42,128 nucleotides of DNA from Octopus sinensis (taxonomy: Eukaryota): contig NW_021835170.1 in assembly GCF_006345805.1 (NCBI RefSeq), positions 1 through 42,128 on the forward strand, read 5' to 3'. The translations under genes were made by a program, and so were the position numbers. Positions 1 through 17,569 of the stretch are shown piece after piece. The notes beneath the pieces are model-generated. The model did not search any database. It saw only the letters and a list, made by a program, of their open reading frames with translations, and was not told the DNA's origin. Position 1 is the stretch's first letter; each line of letters begins with the position of its first letter.

Positions 1-3000
1 TTCTCTTATCTCTCTCTGTCACTTCTTTGTATTCCCTCTTTTACGGCACGTCGCAATCTCTACGGTTGCCGGCAACTGCTTCCCAACCGCTAATATTGAT
101 GTTGCAGGCCTTCATGTCCTTTTGCAAACATCCTTGTAACGTAAGAACGGTCTACCCACAGACCTAGTACCCCTAGCAAGCTCTCCGTAGAGAATGTCCT
201 TGGGGATTCTGCCATCTTTCATACGGCTAACATGCCCAAGCCATCTCATACGTCTTTGTGTGAGGAGTGTAAACATGCTTGGTATTCCTGCTTGCTTGAG
301 GACATCTTTGTTGGGGATATGATTCTGCCATTTGATGCGGAGGATTTTCCGGAGGCAGCGCAGGTGAAAGATGTTTAGGCGACGCTCTTGCGTGTGTATA
401 GCGTCCAAGTCTCACTTCCATACAGTAGAGTGCTAAGTACACATGCCTGGTAGATCTTCATTTTCGTGGTCTTGGTCAGCTTATTGTTGTCCCATGCCCA
501 TTCGGAGAGTTGGGCCATCGCAGCAGCTGCCTTGCCAATGCGTATATTGAGCTCAGCGTCAAGGGATAGGTTGTAGATGACTGTAGAGCCAGGATAGGTA
601 AACTTCTCCACCTCTTGTAATCTGTGGTCTCCAATATGTATGTTTGGGATGTCCGATGTAGCCTGATCCATGATGCTGGTCTTCTTAAGACTGATAGCTA
701 AGCCAAAGTCGTTACATGCTTGCTCAAAACAGTTAATGAGCCTTTGGAGGGCTTCTTCTGTGTGTGATACCAGAGCGGCATCATCAGCAATTAGCATCTC
801 CTTGATCAGGACGTTTCTGATTTTGGTCTTTGCACGCAGGCGCGAGAGATTGAACAGTTTCCCGTCACTTCTACTGTGCAGAAACACTCCATCATCTGAT
901 GTCTGAGAGGCATGTGAGAGTAAGAGCGAGAAGATGCCAAATAATGTAGGAGCGAGGACATAACCTTACTTTACCCCGTTTTTTATTTGGAAGGTGGCTG
1001 ATATTGAACCATTGTGCTGTATGGTGCCTTGCATATCATCATGGAAAGACTTGATGATCCTCAGCAGCTTTGGTGGACATCCGATTTTTTGGAGCTGGAT
1101 GAAGAGGCCTGTTCTGCTTACCGAGTCAAAGGCCTTTGTTAGATCAATGAAGGCCATATATAATGGCATTTTCTGCTCTCTGGACTTCTCCTGAAATTGG
1201 CGTATGGAGAATATCATATTAATAGTTGATCTGCTTCTTCTAAAGCCACACTGCGATTCCGGATAGATTCGAGAAGCAAGTAGTTGTAGCCTGGCCACGA
1301 TAACGCGAGCAAAGGTCTTTCCAACAGTGCTTAGAAGAGATATTCCACGGTAATTGTTACAATCACCACGGTCACCTTTGTTTTTGTAAAGCGTAATGAT
1401 GTTAGCATATCCTGAGGGACTGTACCCTTTTCCCAGCACTGACACAGAAGCTCATGAAGGTGCCGAAGCAGGATGGTGGTTTTGCCGGCTTTGATGATCT
1501 CTGAGGGAATGCCGTCTTTTCCCGGAGCCTTGTTTCTTGCTAGGGAGTCAATAGCCTTGGTGAGCTCTGCTATAGATGGCGGACTGTCAAGTTCGCACAT
1601 GACTGGCAAGATCTTGACACTCTCGACTGCAGCCTCAGCCACTGTAGTCTCCCGTGAGTAGAGATCCTGGTAGTGCTCCACCCATCTATCATTTGCTTGC
1701 TTTGATCCCTGATGAGATCTCCAGTAGTTGATTTCAGAGGGGCTGACTTGGTTGCGGATGGACCGAGGGCCTTCTTCAAACCGGCATACATCCCACGGGT
1801 GTCGCCCCCGTCAGCAGCTGACTGGATACTCTGACAGATTTCCTGCCAATACCTATTTGCACAGCGTCTGGCTGTCAGTTGGGTTTTATTTCTTGCCTTT
1901 CTGAGTTCTTCGAGTGACTTTGTAGAAGAATCACTCTTGTATTGCATCAGAGCTGCACGCTTTGCTTCGATAACTGGCTCCAGCTCTGAGAGCCCAGCAT
2001 TGAACCAATCTGGGTTTTGCCTTTCTCTCATGCCGAAAGTATCTATTGATGTCGTATGCAAAGCTTCCCTGATATAATTCCACCTACCTTCAGCAGAGGA
2101 GGTTGGACAGCTAGTGAGGGCAACCTCGATAGAAGCAGCAAAACATTTTCGCAGTGTAGGGTCCGAGGTTCTGGCAGTGTTAATGCGTGGTCGGCCCACT
2201 TTCTTGGAGTGATGGACTCCTTTAGGCAGAATCCTCACCCTACTTCTAATTAGTGAGTGGTCTGTGTCACAATCCGCGCTGTGGTAACTGCGGGTCAATA
2301 GAATAGAATTCAGAAAGGATCTCCGTGTAATGATGAGATCCAGCTGATGCCAGTGGTGAGATCTTGGATGTCTCCAAGATGCCTTGTGGGATGGCTTGTT
2401 GGTAAAGAATGTGTTTGTCATGCACAGGTTATGGTATGTGCAGAATTCGAGTAGTCTCTGACCATTGTCATTCATGTTGCCAATACCAAAGTGTCCAACA
2501 CAAATGGGCCACGAATCATGTTCAGATCCCACGCGAGCGTTAAAATGCCCTAGAAGGTAGATATTTTCAGTTGTTGGTATATTTTTTATGACACAGTTGA
2601 GATCTTTGTAGAACTGGTCCTTGGTCCCCTCTGAGCTGTAGAGAGTGGGAGCAGTGAGAGTATACGCTCAGTGCCTCCTGATGGTGGTTCTATTGAGGAG
2701 AGTAATGAGTTTCTCACTGCAAAGCCAACGCCATGCTGACGAGGTTCTTCTGGATCGCTTCCCTGCCAAAAGAAGGTGAAATCCTGTTCTTTGAGTTTGC
2801 CGTTTGAGGGAAGTCTTGTCTCCTGTAGCCCAGCAATGTCTATGTTAAGCCTCTTTAGTTCACGGTCAATATGGCCGTTTTCCTTGTGTCTTCAACCCTG
2901 AGTAGATCATCAGATATTCCAGGGCACATGATCCTGACATTCCAGCTTGCCAACCGCAGGACTGGTGTTTTCTTGTCTTTTAGTTGTTTGCCTGGTGCAG

Positions 3001-3570
3001 AGGTTGCAGGCCGCTTTTCAAGTCATACTCTTAGCTCCAAGCACCCAATGAAGCAGGCGGCTTGTGGCGGGTCAGCACCTTATTAACTGGAGGCTGCCCA
3101 GCTTGAGGTGGGCAGTAGCTAACCAACAGGACACGGAAGTCTCTCCCACCGTCAGAGGTAACCCGTAGCGCCCATATTTTACGCCAATCTGAATGGACTT
3201 ATCACTCGTGACTGTTACCTCCCGTGTTGTTTCTGCAGCTTTTTACAGCAGCACTGAAGTGTCCTCTCCAGTTTTGCGCAGGCCTGGGCTAGAGATAAGA
3301 AAGTCCTGGGTAGCCCAATCGTCAGGTTTCCTCTCTCGACCTTGCTGATGTAGTCCAAAGGAGTGCAGAGCATTACGTTTGGCACCAGCTTGGTTGCAGG
3401 AGCTGCCGGAAGAGTGTCGAGTCGAACACTAAACCGCCTTCGGGGCTCCACTCCGGATTTCTTTGAAGATTGTCTCCTTTCCGCAACCCTGGATAGGGGC
3501 CCATACCGGAGCCAGCTGAGCCCGGAACTCGTGTCAGGCAGGATCGTCACTCCCTGTGCGCTACCCACTA
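1..3570 (-). mobile_element. RTE-clade non-LTR retrotransposon, decayed, near full length; 3' end runs off the window edge
   Basis: Minus-strand frames give APE endonuclease motifs (LRLASWNVRIM, LQETRL, WQGSDP, LLGHFNARVG, HHWHQLDLII, ADCDTDH) and RT motifs (YRGISLL, PESQCGFR, FIDLTKAFDSV, IADD, EKFTYPGS, RWLGHV). These are split by frameshifts, a stop at the QG motif and a small deletion near 2660. The ~600-bp GC-richer stretch at 2990-3570 is the inferred 5' UTR. Confidence 0.95.
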
Positions 3571-3654
3571 CCTTTTCAAGTAATGTTAAATTATTATTAG
3601 ATTTTTCATTCTTTTTCCTACGTTTGTTTTATATATTTATTTTTAACCACTAAT

Positions 3655-4030
3655 ATTCATCATCATCATCATCAGCAGCAGTTGTAGTAGCAGCAGCAAT
3701 ATCACTATCAGCAGTAACAGATGCAGTGGTAACAGCAGTTGTAATGGCAGCAGCAACAGCAGCAGTAGCCGTAGTGGCAGCAGCAACAGCAGCAGCAGCA
3801 GCAGCGGTGGCAGGATGAGCAGCAGCAGCAGCGGTGGCAGGATGAGCAGCAGCAGCAGCGGTGGCAGGATGAGCAGCAGCAGCAGCAGCAACAGTGGTAG
3901 CAATAGCAGCAGTAGTAGTGACGGCAGCAGCAGTGGCAGCAGCAGTAGTAGTAGCAGCAGTAGTAGCTGCAGCAGCAGCAACAGCAGCAGCAGTAGTAGT
4001 AGTAGTAGCAGTAGCAGCAGTAATAGTATA
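3655..4030. repeat. (GCA/GTA)n trinucleotide microsatellite with three embedded 27-bp units
   Basis: Runs of gca/gta; gcggtggcaggatga recurs at 3804, 3831 and 3858. Confidence 0.9.
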
Positions 4031-4859
4031 CATACATATATATAGCTTTTTGCTTCACTTCATTTCATAGGGCCAAGGGAGGGGAATAAAGAGAGGGAGG
4101 GAGATTGAAAAAGAGAAGAAAAGAGATAAGAAAGAGAAGGGGAGAGAATAGAGAGATATCCGGTATTGGTGGTGGGTGTGGGCGGGCGCACAGCGAACAA
4201 GGGTCGGTCGGAATTAAGCAAGGGGAGAAGCGAGTAATTTACTTAACGAAATTCTAAGAGATGGAGCTAAAACTATCCTTTGAGTGGTCATTGAAAATGG
4301 TTCGCTTACGGAAGAGAAACAACAACAAGCTGTCAGTAATGAAAACACACACACACACACACACACCAACACACACACACACCACACACACACACAACAC
4401 ACACACACACATATATATATATACATTCGTACAAATCCACTCAAACACGCAAACAGCCGGATATAGATGTATACACAAATACATATATGCACATATATTT
4501 AAACATAAATGCGAAAAGTTTGTTTGCTTGTCTGGTTTTGGCATTGGAATGGGTTAAAGAGCACTAGATCCCGTCGGATTGACTCCAAAATGTACAGGGA
4601 CATGTAAAATGAGGTGAGGATGTGAATGGGCTAAGTTAGAAATCCCTATCTTAAAAGGTTTGGTTACTAGGGCAAAAAACGCACACTTTGACAAGTCTTC
4701 TCTCATTCTCTTATCTGCTTGTCTTCCTCCATCTATCTCTCTTTCCTCCCTTCCCTTCAATTTCTCTCTATAACGTCGTTTGAAAGCGTCTACTATCTTT
4801 TCCCCGCCGCCTTCGCTAGCGCTGTCACCCCTTTTCTCCCCACCTCTATCATGAATAAG

Positions 4860-5018
4860 ATATTTATTGGTTAATTTATATGTGTGTGTGTGTGTTCTAT
4901 ATATAAATATGTATATATACTGTATATTATATAAAAGGGCTTAGTAAAATAAATTACTTTGCCACATACTGAACTCATTAGAAATAGTATATACAAAGTG
5001 TATATATCTGTGTATATA

Positions 5019-5060
<42 letters not shown>

Positions 5061-5110
5061 TATATATATATAAATATAGTTTTTTGTATACATTTGTATA
5101 TATAATGCGT

Positions 5111-5143
<33 letters not shown>

Positions 5144-5150
5144 ATGCGTA

Positions 5151-5206
<56 letters not shown>

Positions 5207-5210
5207 ATAT
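4860..5210. repeat. (TA)n/(CA)n microsatellite block
   Basis: Directly visible dinucleotide runs. Confidence 0.9.
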
Positions 5211-5446
5211 AATGTGTGCATTATGTGGTCGGTTGAGCTGAAAATATGCACACCTAAGTTAAAAGTGTCGGCGAGTTTGTATGGCAACTATTTTTTTTCC
5301 TCAAATGAAAGGCGTGACCTCTAGGACAAAATTACTCTTCTTATATAATGTGGCCCGAGTAGACCCGAATGAAATCGGGTTATATTAACCAAAATGTGAA
5401 AAGGGGTCTAAATGGGGCTGGAAGGGGATTAAAATTTACAGGAGCG

Positions 5447-5698
5447 GGTGTTTAGAAATTCTCTGTTACATCAAGCTAAAAAATTTGCGCCAGCCTTTAA
5501 ATCTTCAATGTGTTGCCATCCATGATGAAGAAGTTTTGAATGCTTGCCATGATGAGTCTACTGTCGTGAGAGAAAATCACTTCAAAACTTGGTGTTTAGG
5601 AATTTTCTTTTACATCAAGTTAAAAATTTTACGCCAGCCGTTAAACTGCCACTACGTTGCTGCCGTCGTTAAGAAATGCCAGCCATGGTGACTCTACT
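5447..5698. repeat. Diverged ~144-bp direct duplication, probably a transposon-internal subrepeat
   Basis: ggtgtttagaaattctctgttacatcaagctaaaaaatttgcgccagcc...ctact at 5447 resembles ggtgtttaggaattttcttttacatcaagttaaaaattttacgccagcc...ctact at 5591. Confidence 0.6.
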
Positions 5699-6323
5699 AT
5701 CCCCAGATTGTATCTCTTCAAACTTTGGTTTCCAATATTTTTTTTTTATTCAGCTCACAAGTTCGTCTGTCCCTTTTAAATGTTAGTGTTTTGCTGTCTG
5801 CCTTGAAGCAGACCTTTCCGTTGTCTGATATTTATGATTGATCTTTCTAAATATTTTATTTCTCAACTTACTCAAGATCTTTTGTTGTTTATAAATAGGA
5901 GATAGATAGATAGAAAAAGATAGAGAGTAAGAGAAAGCGAGGGAGAGTCCGTGAGAAAGGAAGAGTAAGAGAGTGGGAAAGTGAGAGAGAAAGGAGAGAG
6001 AAACAAAGAGGGAGAATGTGGTGATAAAAAACAGAAAGGAAGCAAGTGAAAGTAACAACCACACTCTTACTTGCGTGTAGAGCGTGTCACTTTAAGCTAA
6101 TATATATATATATATATATGTATATGTATACATGGCGAGATAGACATATGTGCACATGTAATCATGGAAAATCTATGTTCATACATGAGTATACTGTGGG
6201 ACAGATAATCATATAAATATTTACAGATATATGTGGACATACCAATGAATAGTAAAAAGGAGATTGCTCTGTCAAATGCAATGCTTGCTTTTTCTGAAGT
6301 AACCATTGTGTTTATATATATAT

Positions 6324-6951
6324 ACTAGCAGTATCGCCCGGCGTTGCTCGGGTTTGTAAGGGAAATAACTATATAAGCATTTTTAGAGAGTTATAGCCAA
6401 AAAATGCATAAAAATGGAAAAAATATGATGGTAAATTTTTTGAAAAATCGTTGACTCATCGTAGACATTTTTAGAGAGTTACTTCCCTTATATAATAGCG
6501 AAAAAATGCATTAAAATGGAAAAAAAACGATGGTAAATTTTTTTTTAAATCGTAGACTCATGTAGACGCTTTCTTAGCCATTTCTGTTTTGGTGTCTTCA
6601 AGCCATGAAGTCGTTGTTCTAAAAGAACGCTGGTCTCCTTGACAACGCATTACGACGTTGATTTCCTTGCACTCCCTTCCCCACAGGTGCAGGTGTGAGC
6701 GTGGACGCCAACTCCGCCGCCATCGACACACGAAAAATTATGCATTAAAATGGAATAAAAAATGATGTTAAATTATTTTTAAAATCATAGACTCATCGTA
6801 GACGCGCGCTAATACTCAGACGGGCTCGATATGAATCACGACTATAAGCTACCCGAATTTGGTTAAACTGCACCGCAAAATGTGGGAGTAGTTAGGAATC
6901 TAAATCGAAGGGGACAGACACTCACACAACTACAGTTTTATATATATAGAT
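6324..6951 (+). mobile_element. Non-autonomous Helitron/Helentron-like element (Lep1/HINE-type) inserted in a TA tract
   Basis: Starts ACTAGCAGTATCGCCCGGCGTTGCTCGGG and ends GACAGACA...TTTTATATATATAGAT, a terminal layout like Lep1/HINE elements. Three internal copies of an ~60-90-bp subrepeat (tgcattaaaatgg...gactcatcgtagac). Confidence 0.7.
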
Positions 6952-6999
6952 ATACATAGCGCAGTAGTGGTGAGATGTGACAGCAAAGAAAAGCATACA

Positions 7000-7395
7000 T
7001 TCACTCTCTGCATGCAATTAGACTCGGAAAGTTCGTGAGGAACCCATTGACCCAATTTGCTGACTTTTCCGATAGCACACAGGTCTCAATGAATGGTTGA
7101 ATGACCAAATCCAAGCTTCTCTGCTAGTTCCTCAACAGTTACGATGAGATTTTGTTCCACCAGGGTTTTCAGGATGTCCTTGTCGAGTTCTACAGATCTT
7201 TCAGGATGAGGCTCGTCTTCTAGGCTGTTCCAATATAGCTTTGAAAAAAATAGCTGTTAAAATCGAAATGCACTCTTCAAAACTTGCACTATGAATAAGG
7301 ACAAGATAAAATTACTACCTGCTTTTATAGCAATTTAATATAAGTAGTTTATCCCATTCCCCTCTGACTTTTAGTTCAAGCTGTTGAAAAAACCG
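7000..7395 (-). mobile_element. Mariner transposase relic (HTH region), internally deleted
   Basis: Minus strand gives LEDEP...LDKDILKTLVEQNLIVTVEELAEKLGFG...KVSKLGQWVPHELSES, including the diagnostic WVPHEL motif. Homologous to the 27100-27350 mariner region. Confidence 0.8.
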
Positions 7396-7399
7396 CATT

Positions 7400-7681
7400 A
7401 TTATATATATATACATGCATACATACATACATACATACATACATATACACACACACTCTCTCTCTCTCACACACATGCACACATTTATATTCTGTTATTC
7501 TTTTATATGTTTCAGCCTTGAGGTTGTGGCCATGCTGGATCATGTGTGTGTGTGTGTGTCTATCTGTCTGTCTGTCTGTATGTATATATGTATATGTATG
7601 TGTGTGAACAATAATATTTTCAACAGAAGTGTTGCAAATGTATCTGATTGTTCTCAAGCTTCAATACTGTGTGTGTGTGTA

Positions 7682-7714
<33 letters not shown>

Positions 7715-7781
7715 ATGTATGTATGTATATGTATGTATGTATGTATGTATGTGTGTATGTATGTGTGTGTGTATGTATGTA

Positions 7782-7812
<31 letters not shown>

Positions 7813-7830
7813 ATGTATGTATGTATGAGT
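7400..7830. repeat. (TACA)n/(TG)n compound microsatellites
   Basis: Directly visible. Confidence 0.9.
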
Positions 7831-8149
7831 GTATGTTTACTTTATTACTAACACAAGCCAGTACAGTTATTTAATGTAAAGTCTTCCTCAAATCACTATC
7901 TCTGGCTATTTACTCTCTTCCAAGAACATTTTCACTCACACTTATGTGTTAGCTTCCCATACATTTTACTCATGTATCTATCAGCGTGATAGAGAGAAAC
8001 AAATATTACATCTAGTTTCACTTTATTCGTTGCCCACTGTGTGTGTGCGTTTGCGTGTGGTGTAAACCAGACTAAGAAAAGCATTTGACACACACACCAG
8101 AATGTGAGTTTTCTGTAAATTTTGCTTAATTGGAGTTTAAATTTTAAAA

Positions 8150-8283
8150 ACTGGACCTGGCATGACGCGATGCATTGTACTCTTAAAAATGGTAGGTAAA
8201 TTGTAATTGAAGAAATCCTATATTGTAGATTTGTATAACTCCCGAAGGGAGGCAGATAAAATCTGCCTTTTATAATAAGAGAT
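8150..8283 (+). mobile_element. Short Helitron-like non-autonomous fragment
   Basis: Subterminal hairpin aggcaga-taaaa-tctgcct followed by TTTTATAATAAGAGAT, similar in style to the 3' end of 6324-6951. Confidence 0.35.
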
Positions 8284-8290
8284 ATATATA

Positions 8291-11616
<3,326 letters not shown>

Positions 11617-11683
<67 letters not shown>

Positions 11684-11687
11684 CATA

Positions 11688-11778
<91 letters not shown>

Positions 11779-11797
11779 TATATACATATATATATAT

Positions 11798-11838
<41 letters not shown>

Positions 11839-11839
11839 T

Positions 11840-11915
<76 letters not shown>
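11617..11915. repeat. (TA)n array between two LINEs
   Basis: ~300 bp of near-pure TA. Confidence 0.95.
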
Positions 11916-11917
<2 letters not shown>

Positions 11918-14904
11918 TAGTTTCAGCTCAGAGCTGCGGCCATGCTGATGCACCGCCGTTTTGTGCTACACTGTTATTGCGACGAACCTCGTCGGTTATG
12001 TGGCACTTGGTGAAGAATGGAGTTTGATACAGCTCCTCTCATTTGCACCTCTTGCCGTGAGGTAGGTTCATCTGGGACTCTTGACAGGAAGATGTCCAGT
12101 TTTGATTTAAAAACCGCTACATCTACTTTTGCAAAATCAAGATAGATTACGTTCACATTTGATTTGTTGAGTAACTGCCTCAACACCCAGTCATAATGCT
12201 GTAAGAGCTGGGTCAGGCAGCTCCTACCTGGTCGAAAACCATGCTGGGTATCACTCAGCAAGTTATTTTCCTCAAGGAATGCGATTAGTTTCTTTCTGAC
12301 TATCCGTTCCATGACTTTGCTGATGTGTGAAGTCAGAGAGATAGGCCTATAGTTTTTGGCATCCACTCTACTTCCCCCTTTATGCATTGGGCATATTATT
12401 CCCTCCTTCAGCTTGCTTGGCAGTTTGCCATTCGCAAGAAAGCTCTGGAAGAGAATCTTGAAGGGTTTTGCCAGGGCATGCTTACACGCCTTGAGGAGGA
12501 TGGCTGGGAAACCGTCTGGACCAGCAGCTGAGTTTGTGTCCACTTCATCTATGGCTAGTAGGACATCTTTTTCGCTAATGTCAATACATTCTATTGTAAC
12601 CGTCTCGCTGGTTATAGGTGAGGCGGCAAAGAAGTCCACTGGTTCGTTCACTTGTCTGTGTTCCAACGGGGTGGTAAAGACACTTTTGAACTGGTCATTC
12701 AGCATCTCACTGATCATAGTTGGACTGTCTGTGAGGGAGCGATCCTTTTGGAGGAGGGGTCCTATCTTGTAGTGCACTGAGACTGTTTCTTTCGCGTAAT
12801 GAAAGAAGGCCTTTTGGTTTGATTTAATGTTTTTTATAACCCAGGATTCTTTGTCTGCTTTCTCCTTCACATAGGATTGTTGCAGCCTTTTTTCGATCTC
12901 CATCAGTGTTGTTTTTAGGCGGGACGTTTCGCTACTTTTGGGATGTTGGTTGAGACGATTTGCAACCTTCGTCCGTCGTCTCATGAGGATCTTCCTGTCT
13001 CTTGTAATCTTGCTCCTATTTGTTTTGGCCTTGTGCTCTGGGACATATTTCTGGTATACGGCTTGCACAGAAGACGACATGAAACATTCTAGTTTCATGT
13101 CAATGTCTGGTGTGGAGAGACATCCGGCCAGTCCTCTCTGAGGGTCTCTTTTTGGATCGATTTCCAATCTGCTTTGTGGAAGTTCAGATTGGAGAGATTT
13201 CGGGTGCTTCTTTTAGGCTGAATGTCTCTGGTTACTTTTGGCCCAAACATAGACAGCTCTATTATGTTGTGATCTGAAACTGATGTCGGTGTCACTTTCA
13301 CATCATGAATGATGTCCATATTGTTCGTGAAGCAGAGATCCAGAATGTTATTCGCCCTAGTTGGCTTGAGTACAACTTGCTCCATGAATAAGGCATTGGT
13401 GAGGTTGAGCAGGGACTCCACCTGTACTTGCTTGCAATGATTCATTCCTGAGAGTATGTGACCTTCGGGCCATTTGACGTTGGGGAAGTTGAAATCACCC
13501 ATAAGAAATATGGTCACGTGGTGTTCCAGATTCATGAGGATTTCTTTAATTCTTGTGAGGCAATCTTCAACCTTGCCTATGTGATTTGGGGCATCCGGTG
13601 GGCAATATGTATTGCATATGACTATATTATGTTGTCTTATGTATACAATTAAGGTGTCACATACCGAATTTGAGTATGTCATCAAGACCTGGGGTGTGAG
13701 GTCATCTCGGATGTATACAGCAACTCCACCATGACTCCTTTCCCTTCTGTCTGTTCGCAGTATGGCATAGTTTGGTATGTGTACTTCTGCGTCCTCTATA
13801 TCAGGGTTGAGGTGAGTTTCCACAAGTGCTCTGCATAGGGCTTGATTGCATGCAGTAAGATCTCTCAGGAAAGAAATTTTGTTTCTATTTTGATGCAACA
13901 GGCCCCCAATATTTAGTAAAAGTATTGGGGTGACGGCTGTGCAGGCGTTAGGGGAGGCCATCCCGTGTCTGTTGACTGTGGTGGTCTTGCATAGGGGTGG
14001 GCAGGGTTCCTTCTCTGTGCTTGGTGTAGCCAGGTTAGCTGTCGGACAATTCTTTCCGCCATGCATAAAAAAGACTTGCTCAGCTGCTGCGTTGCGCAGA
14101 ACATCTGAGGAGCGCACTTCGTTTTTGAAAGTTTTACCGGGAGACATTTCTTGTGTTCCCTCGGTAAAGTTCTTCTCTCTGAGTCCCCTGAAGTTCTGGC
14201 GGGGTGTCGGGTGGGCGAACCGGCAGTTTTTGCCGTCCTCACCATGCCAACATTTGCCCCGCAGGTAGAACTTAAAGGTTCTTCGGTGCCTTCCAGATTT
14301 CTTCTTTCCTGAAGTGTACTGGGTGACATTGGATCCTCCATGGGGTTCTCTGCTGTTTGTGTGGTGAGTTGGGGTTTCAGCTTTGGTTGTTTTGCCTTTT
14401 CTTCCTTTTCCCTCCTTATTTTTGTTTTCGGTCCTTCCTTTTTTCTTCTGTTTTTCTAATTTTTCATTTCTTCGTAGGACCACTGGTACAGGGGGGCTTC
14501 CGGTTTCTGCTCCCTTGGCTCCCCTATCCTTCACTACTTGGTCGTTCACCGGGGTAGGTGATCCATTTTCCTGAGGAACCCCTGGATCACAGAGACTTCC
14601 GGCTTCCTTCTCTTTTTCGTCCTCTACATCCTCATCAGCTTTGCCACAATAATTTTCAATCATGTTGTCCAGTATTTTGATGTGTGGTCTTATAAGCATG
14701 TAAGACCGGATAAACTCATTTTTCTTCCGCTCTATCTGGTCAATGGTTCTATGAAAACCATTGTTTTTTAGCGCGGCAGTGATGATGTTGTTCGGCGGAT
14801 CACCACTAGCAATCGTCCATGCTCTCAGCAGAAGATTTAACTCTTTCTTTTCCCACTTTGGTGCCATCTTCGTTTTGAGGTCCAGAGGGGGAGTAGAGGC
14901 TAGA

Positions 14905-14905
<1 letters not shown>
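11916..14905 (-). mobile_element. CR1-clade LINE, family B copy 1: ORF1-like region fused in frame to APE; RT internally deleted
   Basis: ORF 13095-14945 (likely ATG 14867): trihelix/Myb-like N-terminus, eroded CCCH motifs, then EN (LLNIGG, LVETHL, GGVAVY, MGDFNFP, LDLCF, SDH). After a frameshift near 13125 the RT begins (NYRPISL, QHGFR, YLDFAK) and then jumps directly to C-terminal VDVAVFKSKLD, so QG and YADD are absent. Confidence 0.92.
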
Positions 14906-16165
<1,260 letters not shown>

Positions 16166-17569
16166 TCGAGCAGTTACTGTCTATATCTCTTTTAGAGAAT
16201 TATTATTGCTATATATATGTTAAAAACAGAAAAACGAACGTGAAGACGTGCACAAGAACTATATCTACACCTATAAAACAGTCCTAGGACGAAAATTGCA
16301 TGCACAGTTTGCTTTGACGGTTAATGGCGGCCAAAGCGAAGCTGGGATCGAGCTGAAAATTGGCAGGGATACTAAATACGTGCTGATGATGAGACCCACG
16401 ATGCTTAAAATTCGCAAGCTATTAAGATGAAGCTATCGATTCAAGGCGGCCCAGAGCCCCTCTAGATTTGTGCGATTTGCTTTTAATGCCCAGCAGCATG
16501 CACTGCAGGCTGTTTTGCTTAATAAACATACATTTTGTCGCGAAATTCCGGCTACTAGGAAACGATTTTTCATTGTGATAAAACAAGTGCTTTTTGCCCT
16601 CATTTTCTTTTTAATCTTTTTATAAAATTGAAAGGATTTCGTCTATTTATTTCTGCTGTCCACTTACAACACTGATTCAGTTGACTAGGAAAACTATACC
16701 TGATGAATATCCAATACCAAACTATCTTAATCTACATATTGAAACTGCATTTAACTTTGGCAAGCTTACCTTTACCTATTCTGAGTTATTTGAAAGGCGA
16801 TGTCCCCTTCCCTCTATTCTGTTTGTAGATACCTTTTTTTTTTTACCTTTGATACCGTTGTTTCACTTTAAGGATGTTTCTTTACCCATCCATTATGATA
16901 TTTCATCTGCTGTCCATTGTTTCAAATACGTTTTAGCATTGTCATTCTGGCCTTTTTTAAACACTCACATATGGCTCGTCCCAAAGAATCAACCTTTAAA
17001 TAAGAGTTTTGCTTTCACTAACGAATGCCATACGTATCTTTCAGGAAGCTCCATACCAATTTAACTTTATGCAGCATTCGCTGTTAGTTTATGTGCACTC
17101 TATGTGGGAAGATAGAATGAAGGGGCTTTTGTTAGCTTTTCTCTCCGAAAAAATAGCTCCCTTTGCTGTTGAAAAAAATAAACTCGCAGAGGGGAATTTT
17201 CAACTTCTTCCTTCAATTTCCTTACGCCATTTATGTGGCTGGTTCTGACAAGAAATGTCGCTTTCATGTAAAACAACTATATTTTGTAGTCATTATCCGT
17301 AATCTATTTCCCAAACACTTCAGTAGTTCTACTTTACATGGCTTGCAAACTTATATGTTCTATGATAATCAAAGTGCATCGACCTCCGCAATAACCAGCT
17401 TTCAATTTGATTTTCCGTTCCTAGGTTAATCGGAAACAGATTGCCATGCTACACATAAACTTTCTCGGTAGTTCAATTATTTGGTGAAAACAATACTAAT
17501 AATAATTTGCTTTCTTTAAGCAAATTAAACCGTCCAAAGGACGGATGCGTTTGCTAGTTATTACAATAA

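Noticed and set aside
3480-3570. Complete HDV-like or twister ribozyme at the RTE 5' end
   Set aside because: A P3/L3-like hairpin is present, but there are no matching P1/P2 partners and no twister consensus.
3643-4058. Poly-Leu/Ala/Cys/Ser ORFs
   Set aside because: They are translations of a trinucleotide microsatellite in every frame, with no splice or domain evidence.
16750-17250. Protein-like minus-strand fragments (e.g. TYLKQWTADEIS-WMG)
   Set aside because: Many stops and no motif I can assign; possibly an ancient transposase relic. TBLASTX is needed.
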